Source: an uncultured Thermotogaceae bacterium (lineage in GTDB: Bacteria > Thermotogota > Thermotogae > MWEM01). Taken from it: a DNA stretch of 64,000 nucleotides. Below, in pieces: positions 38,144 to 48,800 of this stretch. The number at the start of each line of letters is the position of its first letter. Position 1 is the stretch's first letter. A program made the position numbers and the translations under genes. The notes beneath the pieces are model-generated. The model saw only the letters and a program-made list of their open reading frames with translations, had not been told where the DNA came from and searched no databases. The DNA lies in assembly GCA_964580185.1 (NCBI GenBank), contig CAZOJQ010000008.1, positions 2,426 to 66,425 of the forward strand, in the 5' to 3' direction.

Positions 38144-39910
38144 TCATTCCACCCGAATTGAAATAGCAAAGGTTTGAATCGGAGGGTCCGTTTCCCATGG
38201 GCGGCTGAAGGAAAACACAATAACGGTTTCGCCTGGTTGCAATGCTTGAAAGGTCCATTCCACTTGATACCCAGGGCCGATCAGTCTTATAGCGGGTTCA
38301 TACGGGATTTCTTGCCGATCAATGACCAAAACCACTTCCGGATTTTGAATCTCTACAGACCAGACATACCCTGTTGCGGCGTTTTCTGGCAGGGAGATAC
38401 CGGAGTACTGCCCGATTGATAGGAGATTGGTCTGCCATATAAGGTCTTTCCGTTCTGGAGTGGACGATTTCGTGATCAGCGGAGTAACCAGAATGCTCGG
38501 AGCGTAGGAACGGATGATCTGTTCGAACCTGCCATCTCGTTTTATACTGTCCAAGGCTTTTTGCAGTTGATAGACAAAGTGCGGATGCGTTCCTTTGGAT
38601 GCTGTTATGTAGAAATCTTGAGTCCGAACCGGCAATAGGGGAACGACATCATTGATGGAATATCCCGCGGACTCGAACAGAGAGGGCGCGGTTAGGTCGG
38701 TGAAGATCGCGAGCTCCACATCTCCATGAATCAGTTGATGTACAGTGTCTCGAGGATCCAAAGCGCTCTTCAGGTTAGCAAACCCTAGGTCTTTCAACAA
38801 TTGCTCAGTCCACCAATCTTGAGTGGTTCCAATGGCTGAGTATGCTTTGGCTGCCATCAGATCAGGGAGGATTGACTCAAAGTCTCTTCGACCATAAAGA
38901 TAAGCGGTATTGCTTCCTACGGGTCCAATCCAACTAAACAAAGGGTCCCGCAAAGGAGTCCGATCCATACTGAATAGCAGAATGTTGGGAAGATTCAACG
39001 CCAAATCGTATCCGATGGCCCACGGAACAACCAAAATCTCTTGATCCATTCCTACCTGTTCCATAAGCGCTTCCATGATTTCAACGACAAATCCCGAAGG
39101 ACGATGATTCGCTCCCATGAAAGTCACAGGAGGGTATTCTTCGGTGATTAGCGTGTATATTCCGGGTACATAATGATCTGGGAGCCACCTTTTGTATATC
39201 TCTGCAAATGCTCCGCTCTCCTTGAGTTCGTCCAAAACTCTTTGCCAATTAGCGATGGTGTCCGAAGGGACGCTTTTCGAAAAGCCCAAAAAGTTCATTT
39301 CCAAGTGAATGGGAATGACCGGAACCATAGTCAAAGAGGATTCATGAACCATGAAGCTTGGCGCGACAATTGAGTTAAAAGGAGCAAGTTCGATCTTGTT
39401 TTCGAGAAGATCGTCGAACATTTTTTGTTCATGATCGTAGACAATCAAATTCTCGAATCCCGAATCCAGTAAGATTTGATGAGAATAGTAGTTGCGGACG
39501 ACTCCGATGGAAGTTGCCAGTTTGGCCTCTTCCATGGAAGAAATGATCAACAGTTCCTTTGAAGAAGCATACAGATTGGTCATATTGATTGCCAGAGGAC
39601 CGACCCATTGGAATTGGTCTTTTCTGGCTGGAGTATACACCAGAGTTGGCAATGAAACCATATCTCCATCCAACATACGGGCGATTGCTTGATCAACGGA
39701 GGAAGGATCCCAATGGATGGTATCTCCCAACCGATCTGCAATCAAATTGGCCACTTCAACGACTAACCCAGCGGCGCTTCCGTTTTCTTCGTATGTCAAC
39801 GGGTAATAGTCAGGGTGGTACAAGAAAGTGAGTTCTCCTCCAAACCCTTTACCCAATCCAATAATCCCCACAATCCATAGATACACAACCCATTTTTTCC
39901 ATCGAGCCAT
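38144..39910 (-). CDS. Exported protein with two tandem type-3 solute-binding (SBP_bac_3-like) domains and a C-terminal chagasin-family (I42) cysteine-peptidase-inhibitor-like domain
   Basis: N-terminal signal/anchor, then two repeats with the SBP3 pattern (YTPARKDQFQWVGPL and the second copy). The C-terminal ~100 aa carry the three chagasin motifs ENAATGYVW (NPTTGFAW), IGPGYQVEW (GxGG-like) and FSRPWE (RPW). Confidence 0.5.
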   Translation of the reverse strand: MARWKKWVVYLWIVGIIGLGKGFGGELTFLYHPDYYPLTYEENGSAAGLVVEVANLIADRLGDTIHWDPSSVDQAIARMLDGDMVSLPTLVYTPARKDQFQWVGPLAINMTNLYASSKELLIISSMEEAKLATSIGVVRNYYSHQILLDSGFENLIVYDHEQKMFDDLLENKIELAPFNSIVAPSFMVHESSLTMVPVIPIHLEMNFLGFSKSVPSDTIANWQRVLDELKESGAFAEIYKRWLPDHYVPGIYTLITEEYPPVTFMGANHRPSGFVVEIMEALMEQVGMDQEILVVPWAIGYDLALNLPNILLFSMDRTPLRDPLFSWIGPVGSNTAYLYGRRDFESILPDLMAAKAYSAIGTTQDWWTEQLLKDLGFANLKSALDPRDTVHQLIHGDVELAIFTDLTAPSLFESAGYSINDVVPLLPVRTQDFYITASKGTHPHFVYQLQKALDSIKRDGRFEQIIRSYAPSILVTPLITKSSTPERKDLIWQTNLLSIGQYSGISLPENAATGYVWSVEIQNPEVVLVIDRQEIPYEPAIRLIGPGYQVEWTFQALQPGETVIVFSFSRPWETDPPIQTFAISIRVE

Positions 39911-39958
39911 GATTGCACTCCTCCTGTCAATGGTTTTCAGTACTCATCGTCCAATCCA

Positions 39959-40483
39959 TCAAAGAGGATCAGAGATTATGCCACGAAGATCTTGGAAATA
40001 CTGCTTCTGGAGCTGAAACATTACGCGAGACTGATCCGGGTCTTTTTCATGATCCATTCCGAGAAGATGAAGGAGGGAATGGATCAAAAGAAAAGCCATC
40101 TCTTCGTACGGTTGATGGCCTTCTTCCGTCGCTTGTCTTTCTACCTCTTGGGCTGAGAAATAAATTTCTCCCACGAGGGGTGATTCTTCTCCAACCATAT
40201 CCCATTGGGTTTCTTGGTCTAGATAGTTGAAGGTCAAGACATCCGTGGTTTCTTGTTTATTTCGGTATTGGCTGTTCAAACGGCGCATTTCTTCATTATT
40301 GGTGTAAATGATGTTCAATCGAGACCCGAGCGCTGCAAATCCCTTGGGCATTACATGGTCGACAATGGCTTGTATTTGAGGAAGAGAAAGGGGCGCTTGT
40401 TGCTCGGGGCCAATTGCCATTAGTTCTACAGTAAGGCTGGCGCTTTTGCGTTCATCCATTTCCTTTTCCTCCTTTTTCCCCAA
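39959..40483 (-). CDS. ybeY: Endoribonuclease YbeY (rRNA maturation factor)
   Basis: Metal-binding motif HSLLHLLGMDHE. Confidence 0.85.
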   Translation of the reverse strand: MGKKEEKEMDERKSASLTVELMAIGPEQQAPLSLPQIQAIVDHVMPKGFAALGSRLNIIYTNNEEMRRLNSQYRNKQETTDVLTFNYLDQETQWDMVGEESPLVGEIYFSAQEVERQATEEGHQPYEEMAFLLIHSLLHLLGMDHEKDPDQSRVMFQLQKQYFQDLRGIISDPL

Positions 40484-41918
40484 TGATCAAAGCGATTTCC
40501 TCTTTCGGGTATTCGATTCGTTTGTGGGAGAATTTATGGAGGACGCGAATAAATTCCTCGATAATGATTTCAATATCCTTCAAGGTCAAGCCTGAATCAT
40601 CCAACTGTCTTTCCAGATAGATCCCGTTGATGATATCATTGACTACTTCTTTGATCTTTTGAATGTTTGGATTCTGAATGCTCCGAGCTGCGGCTTCAAC
40701 AGAATCCGCAAGCATCAAAATTCCGGCTTCTTTAAACTTTGGACGGGGTCCCAAGTATCGAAACTGTTCTTCGGTTACAGACAAATCGGCGGCTTTTGCT
40801 TTGTTGTAGAAGAACTTTTGAACCCTTGTTCCGTGATGTTGAGCCGCTAAATCTTGAAAAAGGAGGGGGAGTCGGTACTTTTCGCAAAGTTCAACCCCAT
40901 ATCGGATGTGCTCCTGCAAAACCAAGTGACTCAGATTGGGCGCCAAATGATCATGCGGATTTTCGTCCGTTTGGTTTTCAACGAAAAAGAGCGGTTTTTT
41001 TATCTTTCCAATGTCATGAAAATATGCGCCCGTTCTTGCCAAGATGGGGTTAACCCCGATTTTCTCAGCAGCGGCTTCCGAAAGGTTTGCCAGCATAAAG
41101 CTATGGTAGTAGGTGCCTGGAGCATTCTCCAATAAGCTTTTTAAGAGGGGTTGGTTCAGGTTGCCTAGTTCCATCAGCCCAATGTTGGAATAGATTCGGC
41201 TTCCCCATTCGACATAGGGTAAGATCCCAACCACAAGAACCGAAGAGATGGGAGGCAAAATGCTTACAAGTAGCAGGTCTATCAATTGAAACCGTTCAAA
41301 TCCTGCGTACATCAATAAAAGAAAGAAAGCGCCTTTCAACGCTCCAAGCAAAAAAGAATACATAGCGAGATCGATTCTACGGTTGATATTTTGGACCACG
41401 CTAGCCGTAGCAACACCAGTGAGAAGCAAGAAAAGAATATATGGTGCACTGCTTGGGAACAGGATTCCAGCGTGAAAAGCAATAAAAATGGCGGCCGCGT
41501 GTCCGGCTCGTTTTCCAAAAAGGATCGCAACCATTGCAACCCCAAGAAAAACCGTTACGCTCAGATGACCCATCGAAAAACCCATCAAGGTGTTCAATGT
41601 GCATTGGAAAAGGAGGACGGAGTAAAAGGTAATGCGATAGCTTCTGTGCAATAAGAAAAATCGGTTTTTGACAATTGCTGTTTCGCAAATCAGGAGTTCG
41701 ATTGCGAACAGAAAAAGGAAAGTCATGAGGAAAAAAAAGATCTGCTGGTTTCCAAAGGTGAGAGTCGTTACAAGGCTTAAGAAAACTGCATTGATGAACA
41801 TTTCCCAATTCATCCGTACGTACCGTTGGAAATGCCTGATTATTTGATGGGCAGAAACCAGTTTATCCTTGCGTTGAGTCTTCATTTGGTTGCATCTCCT
41901 CGAATCGCTCGTATGCAT
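40452..41918 (-). CDS. 7TM-receptor HD-domain phosphohydrolase (PgpH/YqfF-like); exact start uncertain
   Basis: Seven TM helices followed by an HD domain (HSFMLANL...AYFHDIGK). Conserved phoH-pgpH-ybeY gene order. Confidence 0.7.
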   Translation of the reverse strand: MHTSDSRRCNQMKTQRKDKLVSAHQIIRHFQRYVRMNWEMFINAVFLSLVTTLTFGNQQIFFFLMTFLFLFAIELLICETAIVKNRFFLLHRSYRITFYSVLLFQCTLNTLMGFSMGHLSVTVFLGVAMVAILFGKRAGHAAAIFIAFHAGILFPSSAPYILFLLLTGVATASVVQNINRRIDLAMYSFLLGALKGAFFLLLMYAGFERFQLIDLLLVSILPPISSVLVVGILPYVEWGSRIYSNIGLMELGNLNQPLLKSLLENAPGTYYHSFMLANLSEAAAEKIGVNPILARTGAYFHDIGKIKKPLFFVENQTDENPHDHLAPNLSHLVLQEHIRYGVELCEKYRLPLLFQDLAAQHHGTRVQKFFYNKAKAADLSVTEEQFRYLGPRPKFKEAGILMLADSVEAAARSIQNPNIQKIKEVVNDIINGIYLERQLDDSGLTLKDIEIIIEEFIRVLHKFSHKRIEYPKEEIALIIGEKGGKGNG

Positions 41919-42897
41919 CGATAATGCTTTTTACTAAAGGATGGCGAATCACATCCTGTTTTCCCAAAGAAACGAACGATATTCCAAGGACTCCTTTTAA
42001 TATCGACTGACATTCCACCAACCCAGAGGCCACTCCCTTTTGTAGGTCTACTTGGGTAATGTCTCCTGTAATGACCACTTTTGAGTAAAATCCGATCCTT
42101 GTAAGGAACATCTTCATCTGCTGATGGGTTGTGTTCTGCGCTTCGTCTAAAATGATGAAGGAATGATTCAACGTTCTTCCGCGCATATATGCCAATGGGG
42201 CAATTTCGATAATTTGCTTTTCTTTCAGAAATTGAAATCGTTCCGGGGTAATCATATCAAAGAGGGCATCATACAAAGGCCGGAGATAGGGATCCACCTT
42301 CTCTACCAAACTACCTGGGAGAAATCCCAATCGCTCACCGGCTTCAACGGCGGGTCGTGTCAGAATAATCCTCTGAACTTTCCCCGATTTCAATGCTTCC
42401 ACGGCCATAGCGACCGCAAGATACGTTTTCCCTGTACCCGCTGGACCAATAGAAAAAACCATATCATTTTCTTTCATGGCTTCCAAATACTTGGCTTGTC
42501 CTTTGGTTTTGGGTTTGACCTTGGCCATCTTTAACAAAGCGCTCTGGGCTCCAAGGACGGGAGACTGAAAGCCAACCTCCTCTTGGGCAATGGAATTGTT
42601 TGATTGTCTCAATTCTTTGCCCATTTGAGTGTATCGGTCAAGAAGGTATTCTGTTTCCATATCATCGGGAACATGACCCAGTTGAACCATCCGAACAAAT
42701 TCGGAAAGCATTCGAACCGCAGATTCCACTTGACCCGAATCTTCTCCCCGCACCCATATTTCATCATCAACTGCGCTGATATCCACTTGAAATCGCTCTC
42801 GGAAAGTACGGAGTTTGGCATCTTTCTGTCCGAAGAGGTATACAAGCTCAACATCATAAGGAATTGGGATCTTTTTCAAAGATAATGCCAAATTCAC
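41863..42897 (-). CDS. phoH: PhoH-like ATPase with N-terminal KH domain
   Basis: Walker [14 protein letters not shown] plus PhoH C-terminal motifs. 344 aa. Confidence 0.8.
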   Translation of the reverse strand: MNLALSLKKIPIPYDVELVYLFGQKDAKLRTFRERFQVDISAVDDEIWVRGEDSGQVESAVRMLSEFVRMVQLGHVPDDMETEYLLDRYTQMGKELRQSNNSIAQEEVGFQSPVLGAQSALLKMAKVKPKTKGQAKYLEAMKENDMVFSIGPAGTGKTYLAVAMAVEALKSGKVQRIILTRPAVEAGERLGFLPGSLVEKVDPYLRPLYDALFDMITPERFQFLKEKQIIEIAPLAYMRGRTLNHSFIILDEAQNTTHQQMKMFLTRIGFYSKVVITGDITQVDLQKGVASGLVECQSILKGVLGISFVSLGKQDVIRHPLVKSIIDAYERFEEMQPNEDSTQG

Positions 42898-44129
42898 ACC
42901 TCCATCAATCGCAGAAGGTCTTCAATTGTCTCTCTTTTCCGGATGCATGTAACTTTAGGGCCATCCACCAATACTTCAGCGGGACGAAGGGAGGCATTGT
43001 AATTCGATGCCATTGAGAACCCATACGCGCCCGCATCCAGAATGGCGATCAGTTCACCGGATTCCACCTTGGCCAAATCACGATCCCAAGCGAGTATGTC
43101 ACCTGATTCACACAATCCCCCCACCACATCGCACACGGTTTTCTCTCTCTGGTCGGAATGAGAGATCAAGGGGATGATTTGGTGATAGGATTGATATAGG
43201 GCGGGACGAATCAGATGGGCCATGTGGGTATCGCATACCAAGAAACTCCGACTGTGCCCTTTCTTATGATAAATGCATTTGCTAACCAGTATTCCTGCAT
43301 TTGCGATCAAAAACCGCCCCAATTCCAGAAGAACGGGTGGTTCAAATCTGCTTAATCTGGGAAGGATATGTTTTTGATACTCCTTGATCGAAAATGCTGT
43401 TCCATCATGCAGATAATCAATTCCCCAGCCTCCACCCATGTTCAAGCGTTGGATGGTAGGGTAAGATTGCGCGAAAGCGCTTAGCTTGTCTATCGCTTCG
43501 ACAAATGGGGAAACCTCCTGAAGATTGGAACCAATATGAGCATGAATGCCGACAATGCCCAAGCGATCATGAGCGAGAAGCTCTTTGGCTTGTTCCAAAG
43601 GGATACCGAATTTGCTTTTTTTTAGGCCGGTAGAAACATAGGGATGGACCAACGGGTCAACATCTGGATTTACCCTGAGAAAAAACAAAGGCCGGATGGA
43701 TGGTTGGATCACGTCAACCAAATCTACCACTTGCCGATACACTTCCTGAGAATCGATATTGATGGAGTGGACTCCTTCTCTAAGGAAAAAAGTTATGTCT
43801 GAAGGGGAAATCGCATTGCCGTTGATAACAATCTGATCGGGGGAAGCTCCGGCGCGCCGAGCGAGAAGATACTCGTAGCGTCCCACAACATCGAGCGAAC
43901 AACCCTCCTGAACCATCAAATGCATCAGGTGGATGTTGTCGTTGGCTTTGCATGCAAATCCGATTTGCGTCGGTATGTCTCCAAATACTCGTCGTACTTT
44001 CTGGATGTTTTCCAGGATTGCGCGTTTGCTGTATATGTACGTTGGAGTGCCATATTCATTTGTTATGTCATTCGCGCGCGCGTCTTCTATATACCATGTT
44101 TGATTCCGCATGTGAATCATATGAACCAC
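42894..44129 (-). CDS. lysA: Diaminopimelate decarboxylase
   Basis: Fold-type III PLP enzyme with K in FACKAN, a GGG loop, and EPGR/CESGD motifs. 411 aa. Confidence 0.8.
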   Translation of the reverse strand: MVHMIHMRNQTWYIEDARANDITNEYGTPTYIYSKRAILENIQKVRRVFGDIPTQIGFACKANDNIHLMHLMVQEGCSLDVVGRYEYLLARRAGASPDQIVINGNAISPSDITFFLREGVHSINIDSQEVYRQVVDLVDVIQPSIRPLFFLRVNPDVDPLVHPYVSTGLKKSKFGIPLEQAKELLAHDRLGIVGIHAHIGSNLQEVSPFVEAIDKLSAFAQSYPTIQRLNMGGGWGIDYLHDGTAFSIKEYQKHILPRLSRFEPPVLLELGRFLIANAGILVSKCIYHKKGHSRSFLVCDTHMAHLIRPALYQSYHQIIPLISHSDQREKTVCDVVGGLCESGDILAWDRDLAKVESGELIAILDAGAYGFSMASNYNASLRPAEVLVDGPKVTCIRKRETIEDLLRLMEV

Positions 44130-44134
44130 CTGTT

Positions 44135-44692
44135 CTATGGGAATTGGATGATCATTTCCTGGATCCCGAAAGGAAGGTGCTCCACTTGAACTCCTGACTG
44201 GATGAGGAAATCGATCGCATATCCTTTTCGATATGCTTCATAATAGACTACTCGTTTGATACCCGATGCAATAATAAGTTTGGCGCAGTCGATGCAGGGG
44301 CTCAGGGTTACATATAGAGTGGCTTGATCCAATGGAATTCCAATCCGGCTCGCATAGGCGATCGCATTTTGTTCGGCATGGATGGTACGAATACACCCCC
44401 CCCGTTGCGTATCGATGATGCAACCTTCCTGATCACATTGAGCCATACCGGAAGGTGCGCCATTATACCCGATCGAAACAATCCGGGTGTCCTTGCAGAT
44501 AACCGCTCCGATTTGTCCGCGCAAACATGTGCTGCGCTTTCCTACGATCCGTGCAATTGTCATATACATTTGATCGAATGAGGGGCGGGATAATTGGGTT
44601 TTCCGGGGTTCTTCCCCCTGGGAAAGAATCAACTCGGGATGTTGTTCAATGAGTTTGCGATATTGATCCGTCATGATCCATCCTCGACCCAC
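44135..44692 (-). CDS. dCMP deaminase (CMP/dCMP deaminase zinc-binding family, ComEB-like)
   Basis: HAEQNAI ... PCIDCAKLI zinc motifs. Confidence 0.8.
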   Translation of the reverse strand: MGRGWIMTDQYRKLIEQHPELILSQGEEPRKTQLSRPSFDQMYMTIARIVGKRSTCLRGQIGAVICKDTRIVSIGYNGAPSGMAQCDQEGCIIDTQRGGCIRTIHAEQNAIAYASRIGIPLDQATLYVTLSPCIDCAKLIIASGIKRVVYYEAYRKGYAIDFLIQSGVQVEHLPFGIQEMIIQFP

Positions 44693-46041
44693 TGCTCATT
44701 TTTTACCAAAAATCGACCGTCGACCATTGTGCTGACCACTTTCCCCTCCAACGGAAATCCTTCATATGGCGAGTAATCGGTATTCATGTGTAGTTCCTTT
44801 GAGTGGATGGTCCACTTCTTCCCAGGATCAAAAAAGGTCAGGTTGGCTGGGGCACCAGGTGTGATCTTCCCTCTAAGGGGGTATTGACCAAAAATTTTCG
44901 CCGTTTGGGAAGAAAAGATTTTGGAACACCGATCCAGCGTTTCGTCTTTCAGTATGGGTTTGAGGCGAGAAAAAACAAGAGAGAAGCTTAATTCTACGCC
45001 CGCAATCCCATAAACCATTTTGGTAAGATCAGAAGCTCCCTTTTCTTTTTCTACGGAAAGGAAGGGACAGTGATCCGTTCCAACTGTGTGGATTCGCTTT
45101 TCTGCGAGATGCTTCAACAAGAGATCCTGATCCTCCACCGCTCGCAAGGGTGGGCACATTGCGAACAAGAACCCGCTTTCGGTCTGGTACGCGTCTTGAT
45201 CCAACAAGAGGTATTGGGGACACGTTTCGATAAAAATCCTCCTACCGAGCAAATGTCCGTATTTTCGATGCAGTTCTTCAACGGTCGCTCCGCTGGAAAT
45301 ATGAACGAAATACACGCTCGCTTCGGTTTTTTCTACCAAATGGGCGATCTTCATGACCTCGACTGATTCAGAAATCACGGGGCGGAGATAAGGAAGCTTT
45401 GAAACGGGAATGGGTTCGCCTTCTAGTGTCTTCCTTTGATGAGAAATCAAGTCATCGTTTTCCGCATGGATCAATACCAGTCGATTCTTTCTGGCTGCTG
45501 CTCGCAGGAGCTCGTGCAAGTAACCGGTTCCGGTCATCCGACCCGAATCTTTATATGTCGTGAAGATTTTGATCCCTTTGATTCCCTCCTGAATGGCGAT
45601 TTCTACCAAACGCTCTGGAGATATCTTTGGTTCGGCAACAGCTAGATGAAGAACAACTGGCAGTACCGAATCAATTGTTTCCTTTCTTCGGCGTTGCAGA
45701 AAGAAGAAGAGCTGGTCTTCTCCTTCCGTAACCACATCGGAAAAATCCATCAACAGGGTGATGCCTCCAAACGCAGCAGCACGGCTGCCGGAAGCAAAGG
45801 TATCCGCGGAGATATGCGAACCTACATCGAGTTGCATGTGAACATGAGGATCGATAAGCCCAGGGAGGATTGTTTGTCCCTGGGCGTCGTACTTCCAGCC
45901 GGAATCCTGTTTGATCAATCCAGATCGCTGGATTGATGTGATAGAATTACCGGTGATTTGCATGTCAACCAAGAAAGTCCGAGCCCCAATCCATATGGCT
46001 CCATTTCGGATGACTCCAGAGTGGGGAGCCTTTTCGGTCAA
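44671..46041 (-). CDS. Cyclic amidohydrolase (dihydropyrimidinase/D-hydantoinase/allantoinase family)
   Basis: 456 aa with the DPHVHMQLD metal-binding start and an amidohydrolase TIM barrel. Confidence 0.7.
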   Translation of the reverse strand: MTEKAPHSGVIRNGAIWIGARTFLVDMQITGNSITSIQRSGLIKQDSGWKYDAQGQTILPGLIDPHVHMQLDVGSHISADTFASGSRAAAFGGITLLMDFSDVVTEGEDQLFFFLQRRRKETIDSVLPVVLHLAVAEPKISPERLVEIAIQEGIKGIKIFTTYKDSGRMTGTGYLHELLRAAARKNRLVLIHAENDDLISHQRKTLEGEPIPVSKLPYLRPVISESVEVMKIAHLVEKTEASVYFVHISSGATVEELHRKYGHLLGRRIFIETCPQYLLLDQDAYQTESGFLFAMCPPLRAVEDQDLLLKHLAEKRIHTVGTDHCPFLSVEKEKGASDLTKMVYGIAGVELSFSLVFSRLKPILKDETLDRCSKIFSSQTAKIFGQYPLRGKITPGAPANLTFFDPGKKWTIHSKELHMNTDYSPYEGFPLEGKVVSTMVDGRFLVKNEQWVEDGS

Positions 46042-47027
46042 GGACGCCCGCCCATTGTTAAAGCCATTATGGCTTTTGCAGTGTGGAGACGGTTTTCGGC
46101 TTCATCATACACGACAGACCATTTTCCATCGATGATTTCGTCGGTGACTTCTTTATTCCGATCCGCAGGCAGAGCATGCATATAAATGGCTCGGCTGCGA
46201 GCCAAATCTATCTTTTTTCGATCGCAAATCCAGTCCTTGTACTCTGCTTGTTTTGCCCGGATCTCCTGTTCGTTCGAGCCAACATAGAAGCCGCCCCAGT
46301 TTTTCGCAATGATGACATCGGCGTCATGGAAGGCTTCTTCCATCTCATGGACCACTTCGAGCTTCGTCCCGGTACAGCGCGCATTCTCATGGGCCTGTTC
46401 CATGATTTCAGGCATTAAATCGAACCCTTTGGGATATGCAAGGGTGACGTTCATCCCAAATCGCGGAAACATGAGAACTTGAGACTGAGGAACAGAAAGG
46501 GGTTTAAGGTGAGATTCTGCGTATGCCCAGGATACAACTACCTTCAGGCCTCGGGGCTCCTTACCAAACTGTTCTTGAATGGTCATCATATCAGCCATGA
46601 CTTGGAATGGATGGTATACATCATCTTGAAGATTGAGCACAGGCACTTTCGACCATTCTGCCACTCCTCTGAGATAGGAATTCCCAAAGCCATGTTTGCA
46701 GTGTCGGATCGATATGCCATGACCCATACGGCTCAAAACCATGGCGGTGTCCTTGGGGGTCTCTCCATGAGAAATCTGCATATGCAAAGGAGCCAAAAAA
46801 TGGGCATGACCGCCTAGTTGGGTCATACCGGCTTCCATGGAGTTTCGGGTCCGCGTGGATTCGTCAAAGAAGATCATGAAGAGCGTCTTGTCGGATAGAT
46901 AACGGGTTGATTCATTTAAGGCAAATTTCTTTTTCATATCGAATGAAAGGTCCAGCATCATAGACAGTTCTTCGACCGAGTAATCCTGGGTTGTGATAAA
47001 GTGCCGATTGCGAAATTCAATTGCCAT
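46038..47027 (-). CDS. Carbamoyltransferase (OTC/ATC fold, possibly YgeW-like)
   Basis: Carbamoyl-phosphate motifs STRTR and HPFQ, plus HALP in place of HCLP. Start set at MAIEF after an AAAGGGGGAAAA RBS. Confidence 0.6.
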   Translation of the reverse strand: MAIEFRNRHFITTQDYSVEELSMMLDLSFDMKKKFALNESTRYLSDKTLFMIFFDESTRTRNSMEAGMTQLGGHAHFLAPLHMQISHGETPKDTAMVLSRMGHGISIRHCKHGFGNSYLRGVAEWSKVPVLNLQDDVYHPFQVMADMMTIQEQFGKEPRGLKVVVSWAYAESHLKPLSVPQSQVLMFPRFGMNVTLAYPKGFDLMPEIMEQAHENARCTGTKLEVVHEMEEAFHDADVIIAKNWGGFYVGSNEQEIRAKQAEYKDWICDRKKIDLARSRAIYMHALPADRNKEVTDEIIDGKWSVVYDEAENRLHTAKAIMALTMGGRP

Positions 47028-47074
47028 AGGTTTTCCCCCTTTGCTGGTATTGATAAAGGACTGACACAAATGGA

Positions 47075-48412
47075 TTATAGCATATTTGCCATGGGATTCG
47101 ATCGGGGTTCTTTAAGATCTTTTCCATAGACAACATACTTCCGAGAGGCTTTAAGACCCAAATACCGGATATTCATCATCATGGAAGCGTTTTTCTCTTC
47201 AATCGTCGCGAATTCCACGGAATGGAAGCCCATTCGGGTGAGGTTTTGATGGAGTTTTACGATCATCAATCCGGAAATGCCTCGCTGGAAGTGTTCTTTG
47301 CTAATGTAAAAAATCATTCCCCGGGCGTTTTTCATCCGGTTCTTTTCTTTCAGGAATCGGACCCATCCAAAAGGAAGGAGTTTCCCGTGAATGCGTTGGA
47401 TGAGCGGATTGAAATTCGGGATGCATACCGCTAATCCCACTTTTTTCCCTCGATATACGCAAAAAACGACCAAAGAGGGATCCAACATCTTCTTGAACTC
47501 CTTAACGATTTCAATGCAGTCTTTGCGCGTGAACTGGCGGATGTCTTCCTGCAAATCCTGATTGGCTTCATTCAACAGGAGCATCAGGTCTTCAGCTACT
47601 TCGGGTATGTTCGAGAAATCGGGAGATTCCATGGAATACCCAAAATGATCCGCAGCGACAGGAAACAGGCGTTGGATCTTCTCATGCGTGCTCATTTTTT
47701 GGATCTGCTCTGTTTCGAAAGACCCATAGTGTTCCAGAACACGCTCTATGTATTGTTCATGGCCAGGTGAGATCGGTTTCTGCAAATCGTATTCAAAGGC
47801 GAAGTAGTTGAACATTGGCTGGTATCCTTCCATCAAAAGAGGGTAGTAGGGAGGATTCCAGGCCAAAAAGAGAGGCGGTATTCGATCAAATCCTTCAACG
47901 AGCATTCCACGGAAATCGTCGCCGTTGGTAAATGAAATGGGACCTTTGATCATATCCATTCCTTGCTGAATGGCCCAATCTTCAGCAGCGGTAAGCAGCT
48001 TCCGCGCAACAGCCCGGTCATCGATGCAGTCGAAAAAGAAAAAATGGGCATGTCGTTGTCCTTTTTGCTGATTCATCTGGTTGTCAATCCCAACGCAGAC
48101 CCGACCCACACATCGGTTGTCTCTCAGAGCGAGGAAGAACTGATGAGGTCCTCCTTTTAGGACCGGGGTGTCTCCTTTTTGGATCGCCTTTGTTTCCGTG
48201 CTCCGAAGCATGGGGACCCAATAGGGTTGGGTCCTATGGAGATGGCGTGGGAAATCCCGAAATCTCCGCTTGTCTTTTTTTGTTTGGACTAGATGGATTA
48301 TTGGTTCGGTATCGTTGGGCAATGAAGGGGTATGAGGGGACAGGTTATTCATACGGTTCCGTTTTCTTGAATGGCTGGGAGGCATCCCACCATAATCTTC
48401 GCTTTTGTACAT
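47075..48412 (-). CDS. Hypothetical protein with acyl-CoA N-acyltransferase (GNAT-like) fold(s)
   Basis: Weak GNAT-like segments. Start ambiguous, ~380-445 aa. Confidence 0.3.
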   Translation of the reverse strand: MYKSEDYGGMPPSHSRKRNRMNNLSPHTPSLPNDTEPIIHLVQTKKDKRRFRDFPRHLHRTQPYWVPMLRSTETKAIQKGDTPVLKGGPHQFFLALRDNRCVGRVCVGIDNQMNQQKGQRHAHFFFFDCIDDRAVARKLLTAAEDWAIQQGMDMIKGPISFTNGDDFRGMLVEGFDRIPPLFLAWNPPYYPLLMEGYQPMFNYFAFEYDLQKPISPGHEQYIERVLEHYGSFETEQIQKMSTHEKIQRLFPVAADHFGYSMESPDFSNIPEVAEDLMLLLNEANQDLQEDIRQFTRKDCIEIVKEFKKMLDPSLVVFCVYRGKKVGLAVCIPNFNPLIQRIHGKLLPFGWVRFLKEKNRMKNARGMIFYISKEHFQRGISGLMIVKLHQNLTRMGFHSVEFATIEEKNASMMMNIRYLGLKASRKYVVYGKDLKEPRSNPMANML

Positions 48413-48798
48413 ACAACCGCATTGACAATCACCTTGCCTTTCAACTTGAACACATCGCCCAATCTTTGAGTCAGACTTACTTCGTAGATCATTTGATCAC
48501 CCGGGTGAATTGCCTTCAAGAAAACGGATTCTTCAATTTTCATGAAAAGGGGGATTTGCGAAGAAGAATCGGGGATATACTGGCGGAGTAAAAACCCTGC
48601 GGATTGCGCGATCCCTTCAACTTGCATAATGCCGGGATATATCGGGTGTGAAGGAAAATGTCCCTGGAAAAACGGTTCGTTGATCGTGACGTTTTTGATT
48701 GCTCGGATAAATGCATCGGTGCATTCAATGATCCGATCCACAAGAAGCATGGGGTATTTATGAGGAGCGATCTGAAGGATTTCTTTGCTTTCCATTCC
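48349..48798 (-). CDS. fabZ: 3-hydroxyacyl-ACP dehydratase FabZ
   Basis: Hot-dog fold motifs (HFPSHPIYPGIMQVE). Start set at MESKEIL, overlapping the fabF stop. Confidence 0.8.
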   Translation of the reverse strand, partial: GMESKEILQIAPHKYPMLLVDRIIECTDAFIRAIKNVTINEPFFQGHFPSHPIYPGIMQVEGIAQSAGFLLRQYIPDSSSQIPLFMKIEESVFLKAIHPGDQMIYEVSLTQRLGDVFKLKGKVIVNAVVCTKAKIMVGCLPAIQENGTV

Positions 48799-48800
48799 GT

